A stretch of 64,000 nt of DNA, from the NCBI GenBank assembly GCA_963518505.1, contig CAUQIT010000012.1, positions 6,858 through 70,857 of the forward strand, given 5' to 3'. The position numbers and the translations under genes are program-made. Below are positions 20,793-30,819 of this stretch, one piece after another (position 1 is the stretch's first letter; every line of letters begins with the position of its first letter). Source of the DNA: an uncultured Veillonella sp. (GTDB taxonomy: Bacteria; Bacillota; Negativicutes; Veillonellales; Veillonellaceae). Under the pieces are notes generated by a model, which ran no database searches, had not been told where the DNA came from, and saw only the letters and a program-made list of their open reading frames with translations.

Positions 20793-21390
20793 GATAATTC
20801 CTCCTACCTTTAATACTGCAAGCGATTTAGAGTATCTAAATCTTGCTTTCATGTTATCACTATATATGTATGGTGTCAATCAAAATATTATTTTATTTTC
20901 AAGATTATACTAGATTGATATAATTCAACGAAATTATTAATCAATTATTTCATTTTATCCTTATAATATAAACATTTTTGATATATATCACACTTTATAT
21001 ATTCACTATATAAATCAATTTATATTCACATTATGTTTTATTTTTATGAATTTATAAAATCTATCAGTTATCAAGATTACCCAAAGCATTTTTATTCAAA
21101 TCGTTTTATTTTTCCCCTTGTATATCATTTTAATAATTATTTTTACTTACTATCAGCTATGAAAAATCACAATATTTATTCTTTTTGCATAATTTATTCA
21201 ACATACATTATACAAATACACATAGAATAGTACTCAAAACTTTTAACCTTTATACCACCTATTATTTTCTAAGATGTTAGGGCTATATATCATATTAGAG
21301 CATATAAACGCATACATATATAGCCATATATGCCAATCCATTGAAATACATCAGAATGCATTGGAAAATATTCAGAAATATAAACAACAG

Positions 21391-21443
21391 CAAACAAAAA
21401 CTACCCTACACAGGAAACTCCATAGATAGGGTAGTTGTTTTTG
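21391..21443 (-). terminator. Bidirectional-looking rho-independent terminator after the ABC operon
   Basis: Stem aactacccta / tagggtagtt, flanked by an A-tract on one side and a T-tract on the other. Confidence 0.55.
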
Positions 21444-21517
21444 CATGTTTGAAATAAAATTTCTTATAAGAGACAAACTAAATTTGTTGTTCCAAAAACC
21501 TGACAACAAACTTATAG

Positions 21518-22240
21518 TTATCGAATTACTTTTGACAAGAATGATTTTGTTCGTTCATGTTTTGGTGTATCAAATACTTCAGCTGGTGTGCCTTCTTCTA
21601 AAATCTCGCCACCATCTACAAATAATACGCGAGTAGCTACTTCTTTGGCAAAGCTCATTTCATGAGTAACGATGACCATAGTCATTCCCTCTTTTGCTAG
21701 ATCTTTCATAACATCTAATACTTCGCTAACCATTTCTGGATCTAACGCTGATGTAGGTTCATCAAAAAGCATCACTTTTGGTTTCATCGCTAAAGCTCTA
21801 GCAATGGCTACACGCTGTTGCTGACCCCCAGATAATTGTTCTGGGTACGCCTCTGCTTTATCGGATAAACCTACTTTTCCCAATAAATCACGAGCAATAC
21901 TTTCCGCTTCAGATTTTGAAAGCCCTCTAATTTTTTGTGGTGCTAAGGTAATGTTATCTAGCACTGTCATATGAGGGAATAGATTAAATCGTTGGAATAC
22001 CATGCCCACTTCAGCACGTACATTGTTGATATTTTCTTTCACATTTAAGTTCTTACCATCTACAATCACGTCACCTTGTGTTGGTTCTTCTAAATAGTTC
22101 ATGCAGCGCAATACAGTACTTTTACCAGAACCAGATGGTCCAATAATGACCACTACTTCACCAGCATCGATTTCTGTAGAAACACCTTTTAAGACATGGA
22201 GTTGTCCAAAATATTTATGTACATTCTGTAATTGAATCAT
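21518..22240 (-). CDS. Polar amino-acid ABC transporter, ATP-binding protein
   Basis: Carries Walker [10 protein letters not shown], the signature LSGGQQQR and Walker [12 protein letters not shown]. It resembles GlnQ. Confidence 0.93.
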   Translation of the reverse strand: MIQLQNVHKYFGQLHVLKGVSTEIDAGEVVVIIGPSGSGKSTVLRCMNYLEEPTQGDVIVDGKNLNVKENINNVRAEVGMVFQRFNLFPHMTVLDNITLAPQKIRGLSKSEAESIARDLLGKVGLSDKAEAYPEQLSGGQQQRVAIARALAMKPKVMLFDEPTSALDPEMVSEVLDVMKDLAKEGMTMVIVTHEMSFAKEVATRVLFVDGGEILEEGTPAEVFDTPKHERTKSFLSKVIR

Positions 22241-22920
22241 TTGATATTATATTTCCTTTCTAAGTACGCTACGAGTCGGGAAATGGTTAATGTCATAATC
22301 AAGTAAATCACCGCTACGGCTGTCCAAATTTCAAAGGAACCATAGGTACGAGCGATAATTAATTGTCCTCGACGTGTCAATTCTTCAAAACCGATAACTG
22401 CCACTAAAGACGTATCTTTCAACATAGCAATAAATTCATTGCCCAATGGTGGAATAATAGCCTTGAAAGCTTGCGGCATAATCACATAGCGCATCGTTTG
22501 GAACCAAGTTAACCCTAAGGAGCGACCTGCTTCCATTTGACCTTTATTAATAGATTGGATACCGGCACGGAAAATTTCAGAAACATAAGCACCAGAGTTT
22601 ATAGAACAAGCCAAGACGGCTGCTAAATAGGGCCCAATTGGTTCTGGCGCACCATTGGCATTGACAATAGCGCCCAAAAGTTTAGGGCCACCGAAATAAA
22701 TCATGAAGATTTGTACTAATAGTGGTGTACCACGGAATAATTCTACATAACATTTTGCGATGAGACGAATCACTTTAAATCGTGATAAGTTCATCAACGC
22801 CACTACCAGTCCAATAAAGAAACCAAAGCCCACACTCATGAGGGTAATTTGAATCGTAATTCCAGCCCCTCCAATTAACAGGGGTAAAGAGTCGACAATT
22901 AACTGCCAATTAAAATCCAT
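22237..22920 (-). CDS. Polar amino-acid ABC transporter permease
   Basis: Resembles a HisM/GlnP-type permease with an EAA-loop-like region. It overlaps the ATPase gene by 4 nt. Confidence 0.9.
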   Translation of the reverse strand: MDFNWQLIVDSLPLLIGGAGITIQITLMSVGFGFFIGLVVALMNLSRFKVIRLIAKCYVELFRGTPLLVQIFMIYFGGPKLLGAIVNANGAPEPIGPYLAAVLACSINSGAYVSEIFRAGIQSINKGQMEAGRSLGLTWFQTMRYVIMPQAFKAIIPPLGNEFIAMLKDTSLVAVIGFEELTRRGQLIIARTYGSFEIWTAVAVIYLIMTLTISRLVAYLERKYNIK

Positions 22921-22984
22921 CGTTACCTATCCATCCTTTCATTCAACACAGATAAGGAGGCACAAAGCCTCCTTATATAGTACA

Positions 22985-23797
22985 TTATTTTCCTTCATAT
23001 GTCACGGGAATATCCTTAGGCATGTCAGTTTTAAACCATGTTTGGTAAATCTTATTTAAAGTACCATCTTGTTTCATCTCTGTCAATGCTTTATTTACAC
23101 TATCTACTAGGTCTTTATTTTTTTTATTCATAGCTAAACCAAAGTATTCTTTCGTATTTGGATAAGCGATGACTGTTAAGTGTTGATCACTATGTTTAGC
23201 TACGTAATACTGTGCCACTGGCAAATCAATTAAGGCCCCTTCTACACCACCATTTTGTAGTTCTAGCAAAGCATCGCTGGTATGGTCAAAGTTTTTTACC
23301 ATAGCCCCATTAATTTTGCTTGCTAAGTCTGCCCCTGTAGTACCCATTTGTACAGCAATTGTTTTGCCTGCCAAATCATCTAAGCCTTTAATGGCACTAG
23401 TATCTTTGACAACTACAGCCATACCAGATTCATAATAAGGCATACTGAAACCAACTTTCTCCATCCGTGCTTTTGTAATAGTCATACCGGATGCGGCTAC
23501 ATCGATTTCTCCATTATCTAAGGCCGGTACTAGTGCATCGAAAGGAACATTTTTAAACTCAATAGTCTTACCCGTCCGTTTCGCAATTTCTTTGGCTACA
23601 TCGATATCAAAGCCTTGTAATTCTTCGGAACCTTCTTGCTTAAACTCGAATGGCACAAACGTTGCATTAGTGCCTATCTTTAAGACACTTTCTTTTTGTG
23701 CTTGATTCCCCCCTTGAGAACCACATCCCCCTAGCAGTGCTACAACACCTATGGCTAATAAACCAGTACATATTAGTTTTTTTACGTTTGTTTTCAT
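22985..23797 (-). CDS. Polar amino-acid ABC transporter substrate-binding lipoprotein
   Basis: Has the lipobox LLGGCGS and a family-3 solute-binding protein layout. Confidence 0.9.
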   Translation of the reverse strand: MKTNVKKLICTGLLAIGVVALLGGCGSQGGNQAQKESVLKIGTNATFVPFEFKQEGSEELQGFDIDVAKEIAKRTGKTIEFKNVPFDALVPALDNGEIDVAASGMTITKARMEKVGFSMPYYESGMAVVVKDTSAIKGLDDLAGKTIAVQMGTTGADLASKINGAMVKNFDHTSDALLELQNGGVEGALIDLPVAQYYVAKHSDQHLTVIAYPNTKEYFGLAMNKKNKDLVDSVNKALTEMKQDGTLNKIYQTWFKTDMPKDIPVTYEGK

Positions 23798-23843
23798 GAT
23801 GTCTCTCCTTTACTAAATCACTCACGTCATATTTTATGCGATA

Positions 23844-23872
23844 ATTATACATCTATATGAATATTTAGTCAA
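23844..23872 (-). promoter_or_regulatory. Sigma-70-type promoter for the ABC transporter operon
   Basis: On the minus strand I read TTGACT, a 17-nt spacer and TATAAT. It lies ~45 nt upstream of the RBS and start codon. Confidence 0.5.
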
Positions 23873-23964
23873 CATATTTTTACAAAATTTACGTATTTTT
23901 ATTAATCATTGTTATATGTACTACATTCTATTCCCTATATTCAAAGACTGTCATGCAAAAAAGC

Positions 23965-24000
23965 ATAAAAAAATACACAGCAGAACAATTTCTGCTGTGT
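23965..24000 (-). terminator. Rho-independent terminator of the small RNA gene
   Basis: A perfect 11-bp stem ACACAGCAGAA / UUCUGCUGUGU with a 4-nt loop, followed by AUUUUUUU on the minus strand. Confidence 0.8.
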
Positions 24001-24205
24001 TTCATACGGCTGACCTGGTCTTTGCCCCCACACTCGCCTGCTGGAAGGTTCGCTCTTAAGCTGTGCTCCCCACTACTACTCCTCTCGACATCTTCTGTCG
24101 GCAGGTCTTACATCTAAGCCGCACCATGCTCACAATTTCTCATTGCTTATGTGGATCGTTTCGCCTGCGACTGGCCTCGACTTTCAACCACAGACCCGTT
24201 ATGTA
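24001..24205 (-). ncRNA. ssrS: Stand-alone ~205-nt structured small RNA, most likely 6S RNA
   Basis: It has its own promoter and its own terminator, and no ORF. The 5' end (CAUAACGGGUCUGUGGUU) and 3' end (GACCAGGUCAGCCGUAUG) pair into a closing stem. The internal strings GGCCAGUC and GUGAGCAUG match strings I recall from E. coli 6S RNA. The family call is from memory and not from a covariance-model search. Confidence 0.5.
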
Positions 24206-24210
24206 CTCTT

Positions 24211-24239
24211 ATTATATCTATATTTTTTACTTTTGTCAC
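24211..24239 (-). promoter_or_regulatory. Sigma-70-type promoter of the small RNA
   Basis: On the minus strand I read GTGACA, a 17-nt spacer and TATAAT. Confidence 0.55.
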
Positions 24240-24540
24240 TGAGAAACCATCATGATTTTTTTCATTCCACTTATACTATTTTTATATAGTACATATAGAA
24301 AAAAGACTTGCTTTTTTTCACCAAATATACATCAACTTTGCTACATCCCATGCTTATCACATTCTCACTTTTCACGCCAATGATGAGAACTTTCCAGTAT
24401 ATTTTTGTCCACTCTGTAGGGTATATTCAAGGATACAAAATTATTGTATAATGTGTGTACTTAAAGTAAACGAAGAATATAAAAACGGTGGTTTTCCAAA
24501 AGAGAGTACACCGTTTCTATTAGTTAGGAAGGGTTTGCAC

Positions 24541-25143
24541 ATGTTTATGTTATCATTAATTCAAGAATCAGGAGCTTACGAACAAGATAAAAGCACCCTA
24601 GAGTTAGTTACCTTACAACTCTTACAGATGATTCAAATGAAAAGCCAAACTTTATATGTGCATTCAGTGCAAGTTGCCAATTATGCTGTAGCCATTGCTG
24701 CTAAAATGGGATTGCCAAAAGGTGAAATCGAATTGATTCGTCACGCAGCGTGTTTACACGATTTAGGCTTAATTTGCTTACCTACCACTACCTTGATGAA
24801 GTTTCCCTACTTCAACCGTCAGGAATTGTCCAAATACAAGCAACATCCTGTATTTGGGGCTAGCATGATTGAAAACTATCCATGTTGCCAACCTATTATT
24901 CCTTATATTAAATATCATCATGAGCGTTGGGATGGCACAGGCTTTCCAAAACACTTGCGAGGTGCCAATATTCCATTAGGAGCTCGCATCATAGGTATTG
25001 CTGATTACTATGTAACAGCCATCGACCCAGCTTCTGATACAAGTTTACAACCTCGTAGCGAGATTAAACAAGAACTATTTAGACACTCTGGTACGCAATT
25101 TGATCCAGATGTGGTAAAAGCATTCATAGAAATATTAGGATAA
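24541..25143 (+). CDS. HD-GYP-type (HD domain) phosphohydrolase
   Basis: Carries HAACLHDLG and HHERWDGTGFP. The ATG at 24541 is preceded by AGGAAGGG. The track ORF begins at 24451. Confidence 0.85.
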   Translation: MFMLSLIQESGAYEQDKSTLELVTLQLLQMIQMKSQTLYVHSVQVANYAVAIAAKMGLPKGEIELIRHAACLHDLGLICLPTTTLMKFPYFNRQELSKYKQHPVFGASMIENYPCCQPIIPYIKYHHERWDGTGFPKHLRGANIPLGARIIGIADYYVTAIDPASDTSLQPRSEIKQELFRHSGTQFDPDVVKAFIEILG

Positions 25144-25146
25144 TCA

Positions 25147-25800
25147 TTAGGCTCCACTTGCTAAAGTGAGAGCCTTTATGTTTGCCCTAGGCAAAACAGC
25201 ATGGATTGTCTCTGCCACTTCTAATAAGGTGGCCCCTGTCGTATAGATGTCATCCACTAGTAATATACTGATTTCTTTGTCTACATAGGCATCCACCATA
25301 GCAGGACGAACTAAGAAATGACCTTTCATATTTTTTCGCCGTTCTTCCTTCGTCAATGTCCACATAGGTTTGGATCCATCTAGTTTCACTAATAGGTCTA
25401 CCCAATGCCACCCCTGTTCTATTACCCAACCTTTAAATAGCATATCTACTTGATTATACCCCCGTTGCTTCCGTTTGCTTTCGCTAATGGGAATGGGCAC
25501 AACAATGGTTGGTACATACTGCATATCCAAACAAGTAACTGTAAAACGTTGTAAAAAAGGAGCGGCTCCTAGAGCTCGCTCCTTTTTTCTATTAAATTTT
25601 ATATCGTGTAGCATGGTTTTAATACCACCTGTGTAATCTGCTAGAATATATATACATTCTAGAGCTGAGTATTTTGGTCCCATTATACAGCGTTCATGCA
25701 TAACTACTTGCAAACATTCATCACACCACTCTCCTTGTGAATATACGTCTTTACCACAATGAATACATGTAGGTGGACAAAGTAAGTCCCAAAATCTCAT
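25147..25800 (-). CDS. comFC: ComF-family protein (ComFC, PRTase-like with an N-terminal zinc ribbon)
   Basis: Has N-terminal CxxC...CxxC pairs and the PRTase motif LLVDDIYTTGATL. Confidence 0.88.
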   Translation of the reverse strand: MRFWDLLCPPTCIHCGKDVYSQGEWCDECLQVVMHERCIMGPKYSALECIYILADYTGGIKTMLHDIKFNRKKERALGAAPFLQRFTVTCLDMQYVPTIVVPIPISESKRKQRGYNQVDMLFKGWVIEQGWHWVDLLVKLDGSKPMWTLTKEERRKNMKGHFLVRPAMVDAYVDKEISILLVDDIYTTGATLLEVAETIHAVLPRANIKALTLASGA

Positions 25801-27947
25801 TAGATCGCCCCCTCTAAGCGTTCCTTAAATAAAGTATAGCGATAGTTTGTATCTACCCGATTTACGGCCGTTTCTATAGCTGTTTCACTACCAATAATTA
25901 GCACTTTATCCTTTGCACGTGTTATAGCTGTATAGAGTAGATTTCGCTGTAACATCACATTATAAGCAGAAATAAATGGTAGAATAATGCGTTCGTATTC
26001 ACTGCCCTGTGCTTTATGAACCGTAATGGCGTAGGCAAGTGCCATTGTCATCATATCTTCTTCGTCAAGAGTCATCGATTTATCTGGAAACTTCACATGT
26101 ACTTGTTTCCCAAGTATATCTGTGATAACACCAATTTCTCCATTATAGACATCTTGGTCGTAGTTATTCTCCATTTGAATTACTTTATCACCGACGCGAT
26201 ACACCCTTCCATCTACTTTCAGCTCTTCTTGACCACTTCTTTTTGGATTCAACTCCTCTTGCAAATAGTTAGAAATCGCTGCACTGCCTATAGGCCCTTT
26301 ACGCATAGGACAAACAATTTGAATATCCAAATCAGAATCTACACGCTGTAACTCCTCTCGATAATGCTTACTAACCGCTAACAGGACACTTTCCACATCA
26401 TGAGCACTTTCAAATTGAAATTCATCACAACTAGACAAATCAGGCATCCCACCATGATTGATGGCGTACGCATTATCGATGATGCGATTCCCCTCTTGTT
26501 GACGATAAATTTGCGTCAACCCTTGATAAGGTATTACAGAACTACTCAACATATCTCGTAAAATAAAACCTGCACCAATAGGCGGCAATTGGTCCACATC
26601 CCCTACAAGCACTACATAGGCGCTAGGTGGAATCGCCTGTATCAGAGCATAGTAAAGCTCCAAATTAAGCATAGATGATTCATCTACGATAACTACATCT
26701 ACTTCTAATGGTTCATCCTGGTTACGAGCAAAGATATACGTGTTATTTTCTAATTCTGGTTCTAACAAACGATGAATAGTGAAAGCCTCCATCCCCGTCG
26801 CTTCCGACAATCGTTTTGTGGCACGTCCTGTTGGTGCACAGAGAACGATACGTTTTAAATTTCCTTGCTGGAACCCTTCTACTAAGGCTTTGATAATAGT
26901 GGTCTTTCCTGTACCTGGACCTCCAGTGATAATAGAGAATCGATGACTGAGCGCCATATGTATAGCTTTCTTTTGCTCTTCACCTAATTCCATGGAGTGT
27001 TTGATTTCGTAACTTTTACAGAAATCGTCACCGTTCAATAAAGGTAGCACATCTTCATCTAAAAAGGCGTCTGTAAACTCCACGCTATCTACTTCTGCGC
27101 GATACACCGTAGGGTGGTAAATATACAGTACATCATCGTGATCTACTTGTACATATCGTTTTGTTTCAATTAAAGTTTCTAATCTGTCTACGGTCACATC
27201 GATATAGTCATCACCTAATAGATTCGACAACTGCACCATCAATTCCTCTATAGGCATACAAGAATGTCCAGAAGATCCAATCTGTTCCATTGTAAATCGG
27301 ATACCTGCATCGATACGCTTTGGATTATCAAAGGGAAATCCTAGCTCCTCTGCAAAATAGTCCACTACATGAAATGGTAAGTTTGTATCTACCGTCAACA
27401 AATAGTACGGATTATCTTGCAACATTTCAATCACTTTTGCACCGTATATTTCATAGAGTTGCCGGCTCCAACGATTACTCATATTGTACTTAGCAAAAAA
27501 GTCATTAATTTCCTGTAGAACCCCTTCCCCAAGCAATACTTTATACAGTTCTTGCTTTGTTTTACGGGAAGGAATCGGTGCCTCTAGGATTTCTATAGGG
27601 TTCTCTTTTTTTAGAATCTCTAGTATAGAAACTCCAAAATAGTTCAACAGTTTCTCTAATGACTTTGGCCCTAAGCCTTTTACTCCAAGGCTTTCTAAAT
27701 ATCGTCTGGCTCCCGCTAAGGTATCTGGCATCACACGTTGTATGCTTTGAACGGAAATCTGCTTGCCATATTTTTTATGGATGATATGGGTACCTTTTAT
27801 TTCCACTTCTTCCCCCACCTTTGGAGGAGTAATATTACCGGTACAAGTATGGGTATCTTCTTGATAGTCTCGTAATACAAATACGCAATAATCCTCTTGA
27901 GGAGACTTATAGATGACACGGTAAACCGTTCCTAATAGTGTGATCAT
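25800..27947 (-). CDS. recD2: ATP-dependent RecD-like DNA helicase (SF1B, RecD2)
   Basis: Carries GGPGTGKTT, DESSM and the C-terminal ITVHKAQGSE. A helix-hairpin-helix region lies near the N-terminus. Confidence 0.92.
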   Translation of the reverse strand: MITLLGTVYRVIYKSPQEDYCVFVLRDYQEDTHTCTGNITPPKVGEEVEIKGTHIIHKKYGKQISVQSIQRVMPDTLAGARRYLESLGVKGLGPKSLEKLLNYFGVSILEILKKENPIEILEAPIPSRKTKQELYKVLLGEGVLQEINDFFAKYNMSNRWSRQLYEIYGAKVIEMLQDNPYYLLTVDTNLPFHVVDYFAEELGFPFDNPKRIDAGIRFTMEQIGSSGHSCMPIEELMVQLSNLLGDDYIDVTVDRLETLIETKRYVQVDHDDVLYIYHPTVYRAEVDSVEFTDAFLDEDVLPLLNGDDFCKSYEIKHSMELGEEQKKAIHMALSHRFSIITGGPGTGKTTIIKALVEGFQQGNLKRIVLCAPTGRATKRLSEATGMEAFTIHRLLEPELENNTYIFARNQDEPLEVDVVIVDESSMLNLELYYALIQAIPPSAYVVLVGDVDQLPPIGAGFILRDMLSSSVIPYQGLTQIYRQQEGNRIIDNAYAINHGGMPDLSSCDEFQFESAHDVESVLLAVSKHYREELQRVDSDLDIQIVCPMRKGPIGSAAISNYLQEELNPKRSGQEELKVDGRVYRVGDKVIQMENNYDQDVYNGEIGVITDILGKQVHVKFPDKSMTLDEEDMMTMALAYAITVHKAQGSEYERIILPFISAYNVMLQRNLLYTAITRAKDKVLIIGSETAIETAVNRVDTNYRYTLFKERLEGAI

Positions 27948-28717
27948 AGGGATGCATTAGGTAAAGCAGAAATGACAGCTTGCACCACATCTGCTACATT
28001 GCTTATATTTTCAATTTTGATGTGACTCACACGCTCGTAAATTGGTTGACGTTCTTCATATAAGCGGAAAATATATTCAATGCTTTCTTTCAATAATGGG
28101 CGAATTTCCATATCTAAATCATCAAGAATTTGTTTTACATCACGTTGAATCAATACTACATAACCAGATTCACGCATCAGTTCAGCCGTGGCATCACACA
28201 ATACCGTACCACCGCCTGTGGCAATGACACTGGCACTTTTTTTGCTCACCAAATCTTGAATGACATTAAATTCTAATTGATGGAATTCATCTTCTCCATC
28301 ATGAATAATAATATTTTGGATAGATTTTCCAGTACGCTCTTGAATTTCTGTATCTACATCAAAAAACTCTAATCCCAATGCTTGCGCTAAGGCCTTACCT
28401 ATGGTTGTTTTACCCGCCCCAGGCATACCAATTAAGAAAATATGTTGATGAATATGATTCTTTTCATAATCTTTAGAAATACGAATTACCTCATTCATAA
28501 ATTCTTTTGCATAATCCTCTAACTCAGGGTTTTCTAATGCTTGTACAGCCGACGCAAGGATTTCCTGCTCTCTTTGCACATCATGAATTTTCATATGATG
28601 TTCTTCTTTATATTTTGCAATATCTACGACGATGCTCAAACGTTCCTCAAACAATCGAATTAACTCTTTATTAATAGCATCAATTTTTTTGCGACTTTCT
28701 TGTAATTTCATAGACAT
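27944..28717 (-). CDS. Chorismate mutase (AroQ) fused to shikimate kinase
   Basis: The N-terminal ~90 aa are AroQ-like (IDAINKELIRLFEERL...REQEIL). The rest is AroK-like (LIGMPGAGKTTIGKALA, GGG). Confidence 0.85.
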   Translation of the reverse strand: MSMKLQESRKKIDAINKELIRLFEERLSIVVDIAKYKEEHHMKIHDVQREQEILASAVQALENPELEDYAKEFMNEVIRISKDYEKNHIHQHIFLIGMPGAGKTTIGKALAQALGLEFFDVDTEIQERTGKSIQNIIIHDGEDEFHQLEFNVIQDLVSKKSASVIATGGGTVLCDATAELMRESGYVVLIQRDVKQILDDLDMEIRPLLKESIEYIFRLYEERQPIYERVSHIKIENISNVADVVQAVISALPNASL

Positions 28718-28722
28718 ACTCC

Positions 28723-29664
28723 TTAGAATTTTTTATAGATGGTACTATGTAAATAGTCTAATGCAAAGGTCTTATCATCTTCCATTTGATCAATAAGGGC
28801 TTGTAGGGAATCAAATTTAACTTCTCCACGGATAAAAGCAAGAAATTCTACCGTAGCCACTTCTCCATACACATCATCGGAAAAATCAAATAAATGAGTT
28901 TCAAAGCGATGGTATTGATTGGTAAAGGTTGGATTATCTCCCATATTCCCCACTGCTCCGTACCATTTGCCTCCGATGTATACTTGATTTACATATACAC
29001 CATCAGCAGGCGCTGCCATAGTATCTGGAAAATGAAAGTTTAGCGTAGGGAATCCCAAAGTACGACCTCGTTGATCTCCTTTTACTACAATACCTGTAAA
29101 ACGATACGGGCGACCTAGCATTTGATTTGCCAATTCAATATCACCACGTAAAATGCTACTGCGTATAGCAGTGCTAGATATAGGTGCATCAATCCAATCA
29201 TAGCGTACCAATTCTTGATCATGGACTTCAATCGACGGATATAATTCTCGAATCATCTTTGAATTTCCCAAGCCCTTATATCCAAAATTAAAATTTGCAC
29301 CTACCACTATTTTCTGTACATCACGATGAGCACATAAACCATGAATAAAATCTTCCCCTGACTGAGCAACTAATTCTTGAGTCATAGGAAGTTCCAACAC
29401 ATAATCCACACCCATAGTCTTTAACATATCATACCGTTCTTCTCGTTGTAACAAACGAGGTGGTATTTGTTTTGGTTGTAATATAGTAAATGGATGGGCA
29501 TCGAAGGTAACAATCACAGAAACTCCGTGACAAGCTTTTGCGCTGTCACAGACCTTCTTAATAATCGATTGATGACCTAAGTGCAGTCCATCAAAGGTTC
29601 CCATGCCATATACTATGGGTTCCTGTATCATATCTAACTCTGACATCGTATATAAAATATTCAT
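28723..29664 (-). CDS. ribF: Bifunctional riboflavin kinase / FMN adenylyltransferase
   Basis: Carries GTFDGLHLGHQ and a C-terminal riboflavin kinase domain (GFPTLN). Confidence 0.93.
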   Translation of the reverse strand: MNILYTMSELDMIQEPIVYGMGTFDGLHLGHQSIIKKVCDSAKACHGVSVIVTFDAHPFTILQPKQIPPRLLQREERYDMLKTMGVDYVLELPMTQELVAQSGEDFIHGLCAHRDVQKIVVGANFNFGYKGLGNSKMIRELYPSIEVHDQELVRYDWIDAPISSTAIRSSILRGDIELANQMLGRPYRFTGIVVKGDQRGRTLGFPTLNFHFPDTMAAPADGVYVNQVYIGGKWYGAVGNMGDNPTFTNQYHRFETHLFDFSDDVYGEVATVEFLAFIRGEVKFDSLQALIDQMEDDKTFALDYLHSTIYKKF

Positions 29665-29916
29665 ACTAATCCTTATCTTTTGAAATATGAAATAGAACTT
29701 TTATTTCAGCGTACTCTTTATTATAACACAACCGTAGACTATAGAAAGTGTATATATGGATTTATCTGAAAGAAATACAATATCTCTACATACCGATCTA
29801 TCAGGAATCTCCTATTCACTAAGATACCCAAGATATAAGACGTTTTGTAATCAAATAGCATACACAAGAAAATGGCCAGGCTCCCTTAAGGTTCCTGACC
29901 ATTTCTTATACCTATG

Positions 29917-30819
29917 TTATATGTATATATTTTTCTCCACTTTCAATATGCTATCTAATCGTCGCAAGATACTCATAAACCCATTTGCATCATAGGCTCT
30001 TACTAATGTATCGACAGGAATTTCATCTGGTGACACACAGAACGTTCCATTCGGTTTCACTGTATGGACTGGTACTTGTTTGCCCTGTACTAATCGAGTG
30101 CGATTGATATCGTTGATATAGACAGCTGGCAAATGATCCAACAGGGTATCCACTGGTTTCACCGCTTGTTCTCCTAGTGTTTCTAGTTCTGAGATAGTCA
30201 CTGAGTGCTCGATCTGGCAAAGCCCCACTTCTGTACGACATAATTGTGTCATCATGCCACACATGCCAAGTTGCTGGCATATATCGCGTAACAAGGCACG
30301 TACATAGGTGCCCGCAGAACACCGTACACGAATGGTAAAGAATGGAAATGCATAAGCTAGCAACTCGATGTCATAGATATGAATCAACCGTGCCGGCAAT
30401 TCAAATTCCACCCCTGCACGGGCTAAATCATAGGCGCGTTGCCCATTAATTTTGATAGCAGAATACTTAGAAGGACGTTGTTCAATCGAACCTTGGAAGG
30501 ACTGCACTGCTTGTTCTAGTTCGTCCCAACTAGGAGCCTTGGAGCTTTCCATAGTCCATAGCATATTTCCTGTGCTATCTTCTGTATCAGTTTCAATACC
30601 AAATTTGCATTCTGCCACATAAGTTTTACCAATGGATTCCGTATACTCAATGGCTCTCGTCGCTTTTCCTACAAAAATAGGTAGTACTCCATACGCCAAT
30701 GGATCTAAAGTCCCACTGTGACCGATACGTCGCTCTTTCAGAATACGTCGACAAATGCCGATGGCGTCATGGCTCGTAATACCTGGTGGCTTAATTAAAG
30801 AAATAACTCCATCCATCAA
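29917..30819 (-). CDS. truB: tRNA pseudouridine(55) synthase
   Basis: Carries GHSGTLDP and the expected position in the operon. Confidence 0.93.
   Translation of the reverse strand: MMDGVISLIKPPGITSHDAIGICRRILKERRIGHSGTLDPLAYGVLPIFVGKATRAIEYTESIGKTYVAECKFGIETDTEDSTGNMLWTMESSKAPSWDELEQAVQSFQGSIEQRPSKYSAIKINGQRAYDLARAGVEFELPARLIHIYDIELLAYAFPFFTIRVRCSAGTYVRALLRDICQQLGMCGMMTQLCRTEVGLCQIEHSVTISELETLGEQAVKPVDTLLDHLPAVYINDINRTRLVQGKQVPVHTVKPNGTFCVSPDEIPVDTLVRAYDANGFMSILRRLDSILKVEKNIYI

Noticed and set aside
20880-21390. A long AT-rich non-coding stretch with a 65-aa ORF (21033..21230), considered as a possible gene, CRISPR leader or RNA gene
   Set aside because: The ORF is low-complexity (rich in F, Y, I and N), as expected from AT-rich DNA. 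I detected no repeats or RNA motifs. The stretch is most likely the promoter and long 5' UTR region of the cold-shock gene.
24001-24060. SRP (4.5S/scRNA) RNA, suggested by the string ACCAGGUCAG followed by AGCAG
   Set aside because: The segment between these strings cannot form the helix-8 hairpin with a GGAA tetraloop. The AGCAG belongs to the terminator stem.
24001-24205. A T-box or riboswitch leader controlling the downstream amino-acid ABC transporter
   Set aside because: The RNA has its own promoter and a strong terminator. A separate consensus promoter for the ABC operon lies after that terminator. I found no T-box sequence (GGGUGGNACCGCG-like), and no S-box, L-box or glycine riboswitch core.
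29756-29995. A 79-aa plus-strand ORF between ribF and truB
   Set aside because: It overlaps the truB 3' end and the truB terminator hairpin (~29868..29906). It has no RBS and its composition is biased.
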